Assembly (NCBI GenBank): GCA_965227515.1
Contig: CBDDFZ010000001.1
Span: 192,001 to 256,000 of the forward strand
Direction of reading: 5' to 3'
Length of the DNA: 64,000 bases
Origin: Alphaproteobacteria bacterium
GTDB lineage: Bacteria > Pseudomonadota > Alphaproteobacteria > CALKHQ01
Numbering within the stretch: position 1 is the stretch's first letter; each line of letters begins with the position of its first letter. The position numbers were made by a program, and so were the translations under genes. The notes beneath the pieces are model-generated. The model had not been told where the DNA came from. It saw only the letters and a list, made by a program, of their open reading frames with translations, and did no database searches. Of the stretch, positions 1 through 7,422 are shown piece after piece.

Positions 1-334
1 GGCCACGGTCGCTATCGACAATTGGGGCCCGCGCGCCATCGACCTGACCGTGACCGCCGAGACCGATACGACGGTCACCGTGAAGCAGTTCTATTGGCTG
101 GGCTGGCGCGCCCGCGGTGCCCTTGGCGCACCGGTGGAGCTGTCGCCCTCGGCACCCGACGGGCTGGTGACGTTCGACCTGCCGGCCGGCCGCCATGTCA
201 TCGAACTCCGGCTGCGGCCGATCTGGGCCGAACAGTACGGTTCGGCGATCAGCGTGGTGGCGCTCCTCTGCCTCGCGGCGCTGGCCGCCCAGGTCGGATT
301 CGGCGGACGCGCGCAACGTCGGCAGCAGGGTTGA
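1..334 (+). CDS. 3' end of a membrane protein (YfhO/glycosyltransferase-associated-like C-terminus), partial
   Basis: Open frame from the window edge to TGA 334: ...QFYWLGWRA...GLVTFDLPAGRHVIEL... followed by a C-terminal TM helix. Confidence 0.55.
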   Translation, partial: ATVAIDNWGPRAIDLTVTAETDTTVTVKQFYWLGWRARGALGAPVELSPSAPDGLVTFDLPAGRHVIELRLRPIWAEQYGSAISVVALLCLAALAAQVGFGGRAQRRQQG

Positions 335-382
335 TTTCCCGGCGCCGGATGCCCATTATTGTCGTTTGGCGAATGCCACTGC

Positions 383-458
383 GTCCCCATCGTCTAGTGG
401 CCTAGGACATCGGCCTCTCACGCCGAAAACAGGGGTTCGACTCCCCTTGGGGACGCCA
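383..458 (+). tRNA. tRNA-Glu (anticodon CTC)
   Basis: Acceptor stem GTCCCCA/TGGGGAC, anticodon arm TCGGC-CTCTCAC-GCCGA, T-loop GGTTCGACTCC, encoded CCA; 76 nt. Confidence 0.97.
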
Positions 459-1971
459 TCTTGCTACTACCCCCCTTCAGCTGGTCCAAAACCCAGAAGG
501 GAAGCGACTTTCCGGCGGTTCGAACTCCGCCGTTTCGCGCATAGGCGGGTCTTTCGGCAAAAACCAGTTTCAGGGCCGTCCGCCTGTCCTCGAGCCGCTC
601 CGAAATCCAGAGTTTCTGCGGGTTTCGCAAAAAGCTCATGGCGGTTCGAAATCTCTCATCAAAGCTTTGCGGCGCTACGCCGCGCTTGCGGGTTTGTCCG
701 TCCAGCTCGGCCCGGCGTTCCTCCAGCGAGCGGATGCGGTTCTCGTAGGCCGCGATCACGGTCTCGCTGCTCGCCGCCATGATCCGGTCGAGCAAGGCTC
801 CGACCTTCTGCTCAATTCCGGCCAGCTCTGCCTTGGCATCCCGGACCTGCTCCTCCGCGTCGGCGTTGTGGCTGTCCCACAGCTCCCGGAACAAAGCCAC
901 GGCCTGGTCCGCCGCCTCCTCCGTGGGACAGAGGGCGCGCATCTCCTCATCGAAATCGCCTTCCAGCTTCTCGCGGCGGATGGACTTGCCGTAGCTGGCG
1001 CAGCCCTTCGTCGGGCAGAGATAATAGGGATACTGCCGAGCGCGCCCGCGCGAGTAGCAGGCGGTTAGCGGTTTTCCGCAATCGCCGCAGAGCACGAAAC
1101 CCCGCAACGGGAAGCTCTCATGCAGGTCCTTGCGGGCGGGCACCCTGGCCCCTTCCTTCAAGCGGCGCTGAATCGCCCGAAACGTGTCGAAACCGATGAG
1201 CGGTTCGTGCTTGGCAGGCTGGAGCCGCACGCTCCAATTCGCCAGGTCGATATATCCGGCGTAGAGCGTGTTGGTCAGGATGTCGGTGACGCGCTGATTG
1301 CGGATTTCGCCCCGGCTGTCGCGCGGGAACTCCGGGTGCGCGGCTAGGAAGCGCTTGACCTCGGCCTGGGTGTCGAAGCGTCCGCAAGCAAATCCCTCCA
1401 GCGCCTCGGCGACGATGGAAGCCAGGGGCTCGTCCCGGACCATCATCTTGCCGTGGCCGGAAACGCGCTCGAAGCGGTAGCCGAAGATCGCGCCAAACAC
1501 CCAGTAGCCGTTCATGGCCCGCGCCCGCATGCGGTTGCGGGTCTGCTCGCCGTTCTTCTGGCGCTGGTGTTGGGAGACTGAGGCCAACATGTTCTCGACC
1601 AACTGGCTGTCGGAGTCCTCGCCGAACTCGATGGACGGGGACTCCAGCCTGCCGCCGACCGACCCAATGGCGCTGCGCAGCTTGAGATGAGCTTCCAGGC
1701 CGCGCGCCAGGCGGCTGATGTCGTCGATGATGACGGCGCAGCTCTGCCCGCCCTGGCGCTTGAGGAATTTGAGCATGGCTTGCATGCCGGGACGGTCGAT
1801 CAGCCCGCCGGATACGTCGTCCCGGAAAACCTCGATCACCCGGTAGCCCTTGTACCTGGCATATTCCCGGCAGCGGGTTTCCTGGGAGGCGAGGCCGTCG
1901 CCCTGGGTGGTCTGCTTGGTGCTGGAGACGCGGCAATAGATCACCGCGCTTTGCTGGGTATGGGTCTTCAT
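418..1971 (-). CDS. Large serine recombinase (integrase)
   Basis: YCRVSS catalytic Ser motif, DDISRLAR, recombinase domain, Zn ribbon CGDCG...YYLC...C, coiled coil; last 13 codons overlap the tRNA antisense strand. Confidence 0.95.
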   Translation of the reverse strand: MKTHTQQSAVIYCRVSSTKQTTQGDGLASQETRCREYARYKGYRVIEVFRDDVSGGLIDRPGMQAMLKFLKRQGGQSCAVIIDDISRLARGLEAHLKLRSAIGSVGGRLESPSIEFGEDSDSQLVENMLASVSQHQRQKNGEQTRNRMRARAMNGYWVFGAIFGYRFERVSGHGKMMVRDEPLASIVAEALEGFACGRFDTQAEVKRFLAAHPEFPRDSRGEIRNQRVTDILTNTLYAGYIDLANWSVRLQPAKHEPLIGFDTFRAIQRRLKEGARVPARKDLHESFPLRGFVLCGDCGKPLTACYSRGRARQYPYYLCPTKGCASYGKSIRREKLEGDFDEEMRALCPTEEAADQAVALFRELWDSHNADAEEQVRDAKAELAGIEQKVGALLDRIMAASSETVIAAYENRIRSLEERRAELDGQTRKRGVAPQSFDERFRTAMSFLRNPQKLWISERLEDRRTALKLVFAERPAYARNGGVRTAGKSLPFWVLDQLKGGSSKMASPRGVEPLFSA

Positions 1972-2035
1972 CGCTTACGTCTTTCCGCCGCCGGATGACC
2001 GGGCGGCCTGTCTCATGTGCTCCTTGTCGATTCTA

Positions 2036-2856
2036 GGGCCTGTTGAGATTCATCGCGAGTTTATGACAGCTGCTGCGAGATGGATGATGGCGTTGAAGCT
2101 TGTGTCGGTTTTGTCTGCACGCATGGCGATTCGCTTGAACTCTTTGAGTTTGCAGAAGAAGTTTTCGATCAGATGACGCCATTTGTACATCTCGGCGTCG
2201 ATTTGCAGCGGGCTGGCGCGGCGCGGATGCTGGGATATGACGATCTTGGCACCGCGCTCGTTGAGGTCAGCAACGATGGCGCTGGTGTCGAACGCTTTGT
2301 CCGCGATCATCGCCTTGAAGGAGAGTCCGTCGATGAGCGGCGGCACGCCAACCGTATCGTAGCGATGGCCGGGCAGGAGCACGAAACGCACCAGATTGCC
2401 AAGCGCATCACACAGCGCGAGGATCTTCGTCGTCATCCCGCCCTTGGAGCGGCCGATGGCCTGGCTTTGAGTCCCCCTTTTGCGCCCTGGCCGTGGCGGT
2501 GCACCTTGACAATGGTGGCATCAACCATGGCGTATTCCATGTCCGGCTCGTCCAAGCAGGCCTCGAACAGCCGCACGAAGACGTCTGCTTTGACCCAGTC
2601 GCGGTATCGCTTAAAGACCGTGTTCCAAGGGCCAAAAGATGTCGGGAGATCACGCCACGGGCTGCCCGTACGCACCACCCACAGCACGGCTTCGACAAAG
2701 CGCCGGTTGTCAGCGCCACTGCGGCCCGGATCGCTCGGCTTGCCCAAGCAATGGGGTTCCATCTTCGCCCATTGGGCGTCACTCAGTACGAATCGTTCCA
2801 TCCGAAGCTTGAATCACAACCAAGCACGGAGAGGAATCCTGAATCTCAACAGGCCT
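2036..2856 (-). mobile_element. IS5-family element (IS427-like), copy 1
   Basis: Terminal IRs GGCCTGTTGAGATTCA / TGAATCTCAACAGGCC, flanked by TA, two-ORF transposase. Confidence 0.92.
2050..2801 (-). CDS. IS5-family transposase (orfA 2433-2801 + orfB, probable programmed frameshift at AAAAGGGGG)
   Basis: orfA LSDAQW...RTGSPWRDLP...WNTVFKRYRDW; orfB ADKAFD...YKWRHLIENFFCKLKEFKRIAMR. Confidence 0.9.
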
Positions 2857-2858
2857 TA

Positions 2859-3906
2859 GAGCGGGATCGTTTTATGCGGAAGCGTATCCTGCATTGACGA
2901 TGTAGTTGTTGCATTCGTGTGGCTGGAACGCGTCGAGTAGTTTTCCGATACGCCGCCATGTGTCGTCGATGGTGCGCTCTGCGGCGCGCCTGAGCAGGTG
3001 CTTGAGCTTGGCGAACACCTGCTCGATGGGATTGAGGTCGGGGCTGTAGGGCGGCAGGAAGAGCAGCCTTGCGCCGGCCTGGCGCAGGGCGGCCCGTACG
3101 GCCTTGCCCTTGTGGCTGCCCAGGTTGTCCATGATGACGATGTCGCCGGGTTTGAGCGTCGGCACCAGGATCTGCTCGACATAGGCGAGGAAGGCCTGAC
3201 CGTTAATCGGGCCGTCGAAGACGCACGGTGCGGTGAGCTGGTCGCAGCGCAGGGCGGCGAGGAAGGTCAGGGTGCGCCAGCGGCCGTGCGGTGCCTTGCC
3301 GACGAGGCGACGACCGCGCCGGCTCCAACCGCGCAACGGCGCCATGTTGGTCTTGGCCCAGGTCTCGTCAATGAAGACCAGGCGGGCGGGATCAAGCTTT
3401 GCCTGATGACGCTTCCAGCGCGCGCGCCGCCGCGCCACGTCGGGACGATCCTGCTCGCTGGCCAGCGCGGTTTTTTTTGAAGCTCAATCCCTCGGCATGC
3501 ACAAAGCGCCAGATCGCGCCGTAGCTCACCCGGATGCCGCGATCGGCCAGCTCGCGCTGCAAGGAGCGCAAGGGAAGGTGCGGCTCGGCTGCCAAACGGG
3601 CCTGCACGAAGTCGCGATGCGGCGCCAATATGATCCGCTTGTGGCCACCGACCTTGCCCGGCGCAACACTCCCGGTGCGCCGATACCGCTGCGACCACTT
3701 CACAACCGCAGACACGCTCACATCGAACGCGGATGCCACAGAGCGAACCGTCTCACCGGCCATCACCCGGGCAACAGCACGCTCACGAAGATCATTCGAA
3801 TAGGGTCGACCCATCGCGCCAGCCTCCTCTCAAGACCAACACGTTGAATCAGATTGCCACCCGAGTCGGGAATCCCCTTTCGATTCTTCCAAAAAAGACC
3901 CCGCTC
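2859..3906 (-). mobile_element. IS630-family element, copy 1
   Basis: Ends GAGCGGGATCGTTTT / AAAAGACCCCGCTC, TA on both sides, 1048 bp. Confidence 0.92.
2872..3814 (-). CDS. IS630 transposase (HTH orfA + DDE orfB, frameshift at A8 run)
   Basis: MGRPYSNDLRER HTH; VFIDET, IMDNLGSHK, LPPYSPDLNPIE DDE motifs; TTCAAAAAAAAC slippery site. Confidence 0.92.
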
Positions 3907-4204
3907 TAGGCCAACGGACCAGGTGTTTGAATCGCCGTCCTTACCGGCGGCACGCTCGCCAGTGTGCGAATGTCGCCGACAGCCCTGGCATTGCGGGCCT
4001 TTGCGCCCCACTCTAAATCATGTGGATAAGGGGTGCCTGCACCCCTGCCCTCCGGCGAGGATGGGGGTAGCAAGTGCAAGGAGGCTCCGAACGAGGGGCC
4101 CCGCAAAGCGGGGAGACGTTTGGATGCCTTGCGCGCGCGAGGGGCGAAGCCCCTTAGTGGACAAGAAATACTGACAGGATAGCAAAGCATGCACAGTAGA
4201 AATT

Positions 4205-4243
4205 AATCTTCAATCGAAGATTTTTGATGGTACATTTGAGCTA
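4205..4243 (+). promoter_or_regulatory. Putative sigma70 promoter (extended -10) with overlapping palindrome; probably leaderless
   Basis: TTCAAT 4209-4214, TGgTACATT 4228-4236 ending 6 nt before the ATG at 4243, AATCTTC-N4-GAAGATT 4205-4222, no SD. Confidence 0.4.
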
Positions 4244-4956
4244 TGGCAATTTCACCGAGGTCAATAAAGATTCTCTGGGCTAATGCTGCGGGACGCTGCT
4301 CATTTGCCGGATGCCTCGAAAAGCTCTGCTTTGGCGAGGCTGCGGACCGCGCGCCGTTCACGCTAGGAGAAATGGCACATATACGCGGAGAACGACCGGG
4401 TTCAAACCGGCATGACCCAGATCAATCACCAGATGAGCGCGATAACTATTCGAACCTGATTCTGTTATGCCCAACTCATCATACGCTCATTGACAAGAAA
4501 GAAAATGAAGCCGAGTACACTGTTGACGTTCTCCACTCCATGAAAGAAAAGCATGAATATTTTGTCCTGGAGCGGCTAGATCGTATGAACGTGAAAGATA
4601 GAGCCGAACTCGTGGCCGAGATACATCGACTTCTTGCAGAAGATCGTGTTGTATGGGAACGATTTGGGCCACTTTCGGACCTCGCGCGGAAAAACCCTCA
4701 TAGCGACGAAGCCCATGCTGTCTGGGTTTCGGAACGCCTTTCTACCATCGTCCCGAACAACCGCCGGATTGTTGAGCTGCTCCGGGAAGGCCATGGATGT
4801 TTTGAGGCGGCCGACCAAGGTGCCATTTCACTATTTTTGATTCACTCCAGGAGCTATGAGAAATGGGTAAATGACGAAATATCCTACGAAGCAGTAGTTC
4901 GTTTCCCGCAGGAGTTCAACGAAATGATCGAGAGGTATGTTAATGCCAGCGTATAG
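4243..4956 (+). CDS. HNH endonuclease with uncharacterised C-terminal domain
   Basis: LWANAAGRCSFAGC...GEMAHI...NLILLCPTHHTLID, like the HNH domain of Cap5-type effectors; C-terminal GP..W..IVPNN..FP domain is too short for SAVED. Confidence 0.85.
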   Translation: MAISPRSIKILWANAAGRCSFAGCLEKLCFGEAADRAPFTLGEMAHIRGERPGSNRHDPDQSPDERDNYSNLILLCPTHHTLIDKKENEAEYTVDVLHSMKEKHEYFVLERLDRMNVKDRAELVAEIHRLLAEDRVVWERFGPLSDLARKNPHSDEAHAVWVSERLSTIVPNNRRIVELLREGHGCFEAADQGAISLFLIHSRSYEKWVNDEISYEAVVRFPQEFNEMIERYVNASV

Positions 4957-5353
4957 CGATGAGTTTCCGTGGCCGAGCCATTACGGTCATTTCAATTTTT
5001 TTGAAGAAAGAATGTCTGAACATGGTGAAGTCACATCATATGAATATTTAGGCGATGGCCTATACAATATTGCTAGAGACGATGGGGGTGAGCTAAGGGT
5101 ATTTATTTGCGAGTGCTACAGTTATGGCATGGCTGAATATGAGGAGAGTGTGCAAGCGCATGGAAATATTGACGCAATTATCATCAATTCGAACTGGTGC
5201 GGCTATACGCCGGAACTAAAGAAACATTGCCGAGAACGAGAGGTCGGGGTATTTAACATCAGGGATTTTATGGCTGCACTGAATCGAGAGAAATATTGGC
5301 TCTATTTGAGCGAAGACGAAAAAGACCAGTTCGAACGATTGGGCTGGATTTAG
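4943..5353 (+). CDS. Hypothetical protein, possible Mrr-like restriction-endonuclease fold
   Basis: SD GAGAGG before ATG 4943, overlaps the HNH stop; C-terminal IDAIIINSNWCGYTPELKKHCREREVGVF pattern resembles the Mrr_cat end. Confidence 0.6.
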   Translation: MPAYSDEFPWPSHYGHFNFFEERMSEHGEVTSYEYLGDGLYNIARDDGGELRVFICECYSYGMAEYEESVQAHGNIDAIIINSNWCGYTPELKKHCREREVGVFNIRDFMAALNREKYWLYLSEDEKDQFERLGWI

Positions 5354-5658
5354 TGGAAAATGTAACGGTATACGGATTTGGTTCATATTTTCGGGGCAGT
5401 AAGTTTGCAGAAGATATTGATATTTTGTTGCTTCACGAAACCACGTCTAAGAAGTCAATAAGCTTTGCCTTGCGGTGCAAGTCGCATATTCTATCAATAT
5501 TACAGAACAGTCATATTACAATTCTCTCCATCGCGGAGGAATCTCAAGTCCGCTTCATTGAGGCGTCCAGGGGGCAGTTTCTTGGACAAGTCAGTGAGGG
5601 TAGGTTTGATGAGGACATGCGGGCAATCGGTGAGAAGATTGCCTCCCAAACAACTTGA
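5353..5658 (+). CDS. Minimal nucleotidyltransferase (Pol-beta superfamily)
   Basis: GTG start overlaps upstream stop (TAGTG); VYGFGSYF...EDIDILLL (GS + DxD); 101 aa. Confidence 0.8.
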   Translation: MENVTVYGFGSYFRGSKFAEDIDILLLHETTSKKSISFALRCKSHILSILQNSHITILSIAEESQVRFIEASRGQFLGQVSEGRFDEDMRAIGEKIASQTT

Positions 5659-5708
5659 GAACGCAAGGGAGTGATCTCGAATACCGCAACGAGCCGGGGG
5701 GATGCAAC

Positions 5709-5764
5709 GGGGGGCGGCACGCCCCCCTTGCCAAGATGGTGTTGTAGTACAACACACATCTTGC
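5709..5764. other. oriT-like double hairpin
   Basis: GGGGGGCG-GCA-CGCCCCCC, then CAAGATGGTGTTGTA-G-TACAACACACATCTTG (15-bp arms, one bulge), ending CATCTTG^C, similar to the MOBP nic consensus YATCCTG^Y. Confidence 0.5.
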
Positions 5765-5832
5765 GGAACGCCTTAATCTCAGCTCCCATGCAGACCCGGC
5801 CCATGTGAACCGGATGTGCGCCTCAGTGTGTC

Positions 5833-5952
5833 TCAGCCGTCGCTCTGGTCATAATCCATAGAATCTGACAGCGCAGTGCCCCCCAGCAGCCTATTCCAGT
5901 CCTCCAGCGTCTGGAACAGGGTGTTCGAACAAAATCCTCTCGGGGACGCCAT
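5833..5952 (-). other. Displaced 3' segment of the recombinase gene (attP-form C-terminus) at attR
   Basis: Reads MASPRG-FCSNTLFQTLEDWNRLLGGTALSDSMDYDQSDG* in the same register as the recombinase MASPRG at attL. Confidence 0.75.
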
Positions 5953-5983
5953 TCGACGCCCAAAGTGTTGATGGCGCGTTTTT
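5947..5983 (+). terminator. Possible native tRNA terminator displaced by the island
   Basis: CGCCA-T-TCGACGC / GTGTTGA-TGGCG hairpin followed by CGTTTTT. Confidence 0.35.
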
Positions 5984-6085
5984 CCAGACAAGCTGCTGCT
6001 TACTGAGCCTCCTGCTGGTACAGAGTGGTGGTGCCGGCCGGGCGGTCGCGTTAAGACTCAGCCAAGGGGCGCAGGATGCTGCGCC

Positions 6086-6808
6086 TTGCGCAGACCAACG
6101 CACCTGACCGGACGCGACGTGTCGACTGGACTGACCACCGAAGCCAAGGATGTCCTGCAGAAGACGGCGCTGATGTCCGCCCTCTCGGCGGAAACGGCGG
6201 CGCTCATCGCGTCCACCGCAAACCAGGTCACCTACAGCCGCGGTGCGACGATCTTCCATCGCGGCGATCCGGTAAGCGCGTTTTATGCCGTGGTGGACGG
6301 CTGGGTGAAGATCAGCCGGGTCACGCAGACAGGCAACGAAGCGGTGCTGGCGGTCTACACCCGTGGCCAGAGTTTTGCCGAGGCCGCGGTCTTTCTGTTC
6401 GGCGCCTACCCCGCCAATGCAGAGGCCGCTTGCGACACGACCTTGGTCAAGGTGCCGAGCAACCCACTGAAGGACCTCATCCTCGCCAAGCCGGACATCG
6501 CGCTGGCGATGCTTGGCTCGATGTCGCGGCATCTGCATGAACTAGTCGGCGATATCGAAGCCCTGAAGACCAGGACCGGCGTGCGCCGCGTCGCAGATTT
6601 CCTGTTGTCCCTGTCGCGTATCCCGGAGGGCGGGGAGACCATAATGCTGCCGTTCGAAAAGAGCCTGATCGCCGCCAAGATCGGCATTACGCCGGAAAGC
6701 CTGTCGCGGGCGTTCTCGCGCCTACGCGGCATCGGCATCGAGGCGCGGAACGGGCACGTCGACATCGCCGATGTGTCGGCGTTGCGCGCTTTCGCCAAGG
6801 GCGACTAG
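6086..6808 (+). CDS. Crp/Fnr-family regulator (NnrR/DNR-type, no Fe-S Cys cluster); start uncertain
   Basis: cNMP-binding-like domain, HTH ITPESLSR (ExxSR), adjacent to nos genes. Confidence 0.9.
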   Translation: MRRPTHLTGRDVSTGLTTEAKDVLQKTALMSALSAETAALIASTANQVTYSRGATIFHRGDPVSAFYAVVDGWVKISRVTQTGNEAVLAVYTRGQSFAEAAVFLFGAYPANAEAACDTTLVKVPSNPLKDLILAKPDIALAMLGSMSRHLHELVGDIEALKTRTGVRRVADFLLSLSRIPEGGETIMLPFEKSLIAAKIGITPESLSRAFSRLRGIGIEARNGHVDIADVSALRAFAKGD

Positions 6809-6844
6809 CCAGATCTGGAATCCCGTTATCGTTTTCCTTGCCGC

Positions 6845-6858
6845 TTGACGTTGGTCAA
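6845..6858. promoter_or_regulatory. Fnr/DNR/NnrR box
   Basis: Palindrome TTGAC-GTTG-GTCAA upstream of the cytochrome c-nos operon. Confidence 0.8.
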
Positions 6859-6940
6859 GGCGCGACCCCTCGCGCAGGCAGATCATCCCCCTGGCGCCCA
6901 TGCCGGGCGCAACCGATCACGGTTTTGGGGGATCTTGGCA

Positions 6941-7381
6941 ATGAAAGCGATCCGGCGACTGTCTATCCAATTGTGCGCGCCAGTTTGCGCTGTCGTCGGC
7001 CTGGCCGGCGCGGCGACGGCCCAGGACGGCGATCCGGCCATGGGCGAGCGCGTCTTCACCCGCTGCAGCGCGTGCCATTCGCTGGAAGCGGACACCCATC
7101 TGGTCGGCCCCAGCCTGTCCGACCTTTGGGGGCGGGTGGCCGGCAGCCTGGACGGTTTCGAGAACTACTCCGACGCCATGAAGGCATCCGGCATCGTCTG
7201 GATGCCCGACACGCTGGATCCTTATCTTGAGAACGTCCAGGAGACGGTACCCGGCACCAACATGGCCTTCCCCGGATTGTCCAATCCGGAGCATCGCGCC
7301 CACCTGATCGCCTATTTCATCGAGCTGTTCGGCGCGCCACCGGACGACGCCGAGACCGGTGACGGCGAAAACGGCGGCTAG
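6941..7381 (+). CDS. Class I cytochrome c (c550/c2-like)
   Basis: Signal peptide, CSACH, GPSL, PGTNMAFPG axial Met. Confidence 0.92.
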   Translation: MKAIRRLSIQLCAPVCAVVGLAGAATAQDGDPAMGERVFTRCSACHSLEADTHLVGPSLSDLWGRVAGSLDGFENYSDAMKASGIVWMPDTLDPYLENVQETVPGTNMAFPGLSNPEHRAHLIAYFIELFGAPPDDAETGDGENGG

Positions 7382-7422
7382 GCCCCGACCCGGAGAACGG
7401 CCACCGGCATTCTCAACCCGCC

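Larger units (their letters stand above)
449..5952. mobile_element. Integrative element/genomic island at the tRNA-Glu 3' end
   Basis: Direct repeat GGGGACGCCAT at 449-459 and 5942-5952, degenerate tRNA T-arm copy at 5915-5941, serine recombinase at the left end, AT-rich cargo. Confidence 0.88.

Noticed and set aside
1975-2016. 13-codon ORF (MRQAARSSGGGKT) with AAGGAG upstream of the recombinase
   Set aside because: Too short to support; region disturbed by IS insertion; cannot be called an RDF or leader peptide
2080-2859. 259-aa plus-strand ORF in IS5 (also 29401-30180)
   Set aside because: Antisense to the transposase; typical IS shadow ORF
4243-5658. Canonical CBASS or HEPN-MNT call
   Set aside because: The NTase is only 101 aa, and no SAVED domain or HEPN RxxxxH partner is recognisable
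5891-6538. 215-aa minus-strand ORF crossing attR
   Set aside because: Shadow of the Crp/Fnr gene and in a different frame from the recombinase tail
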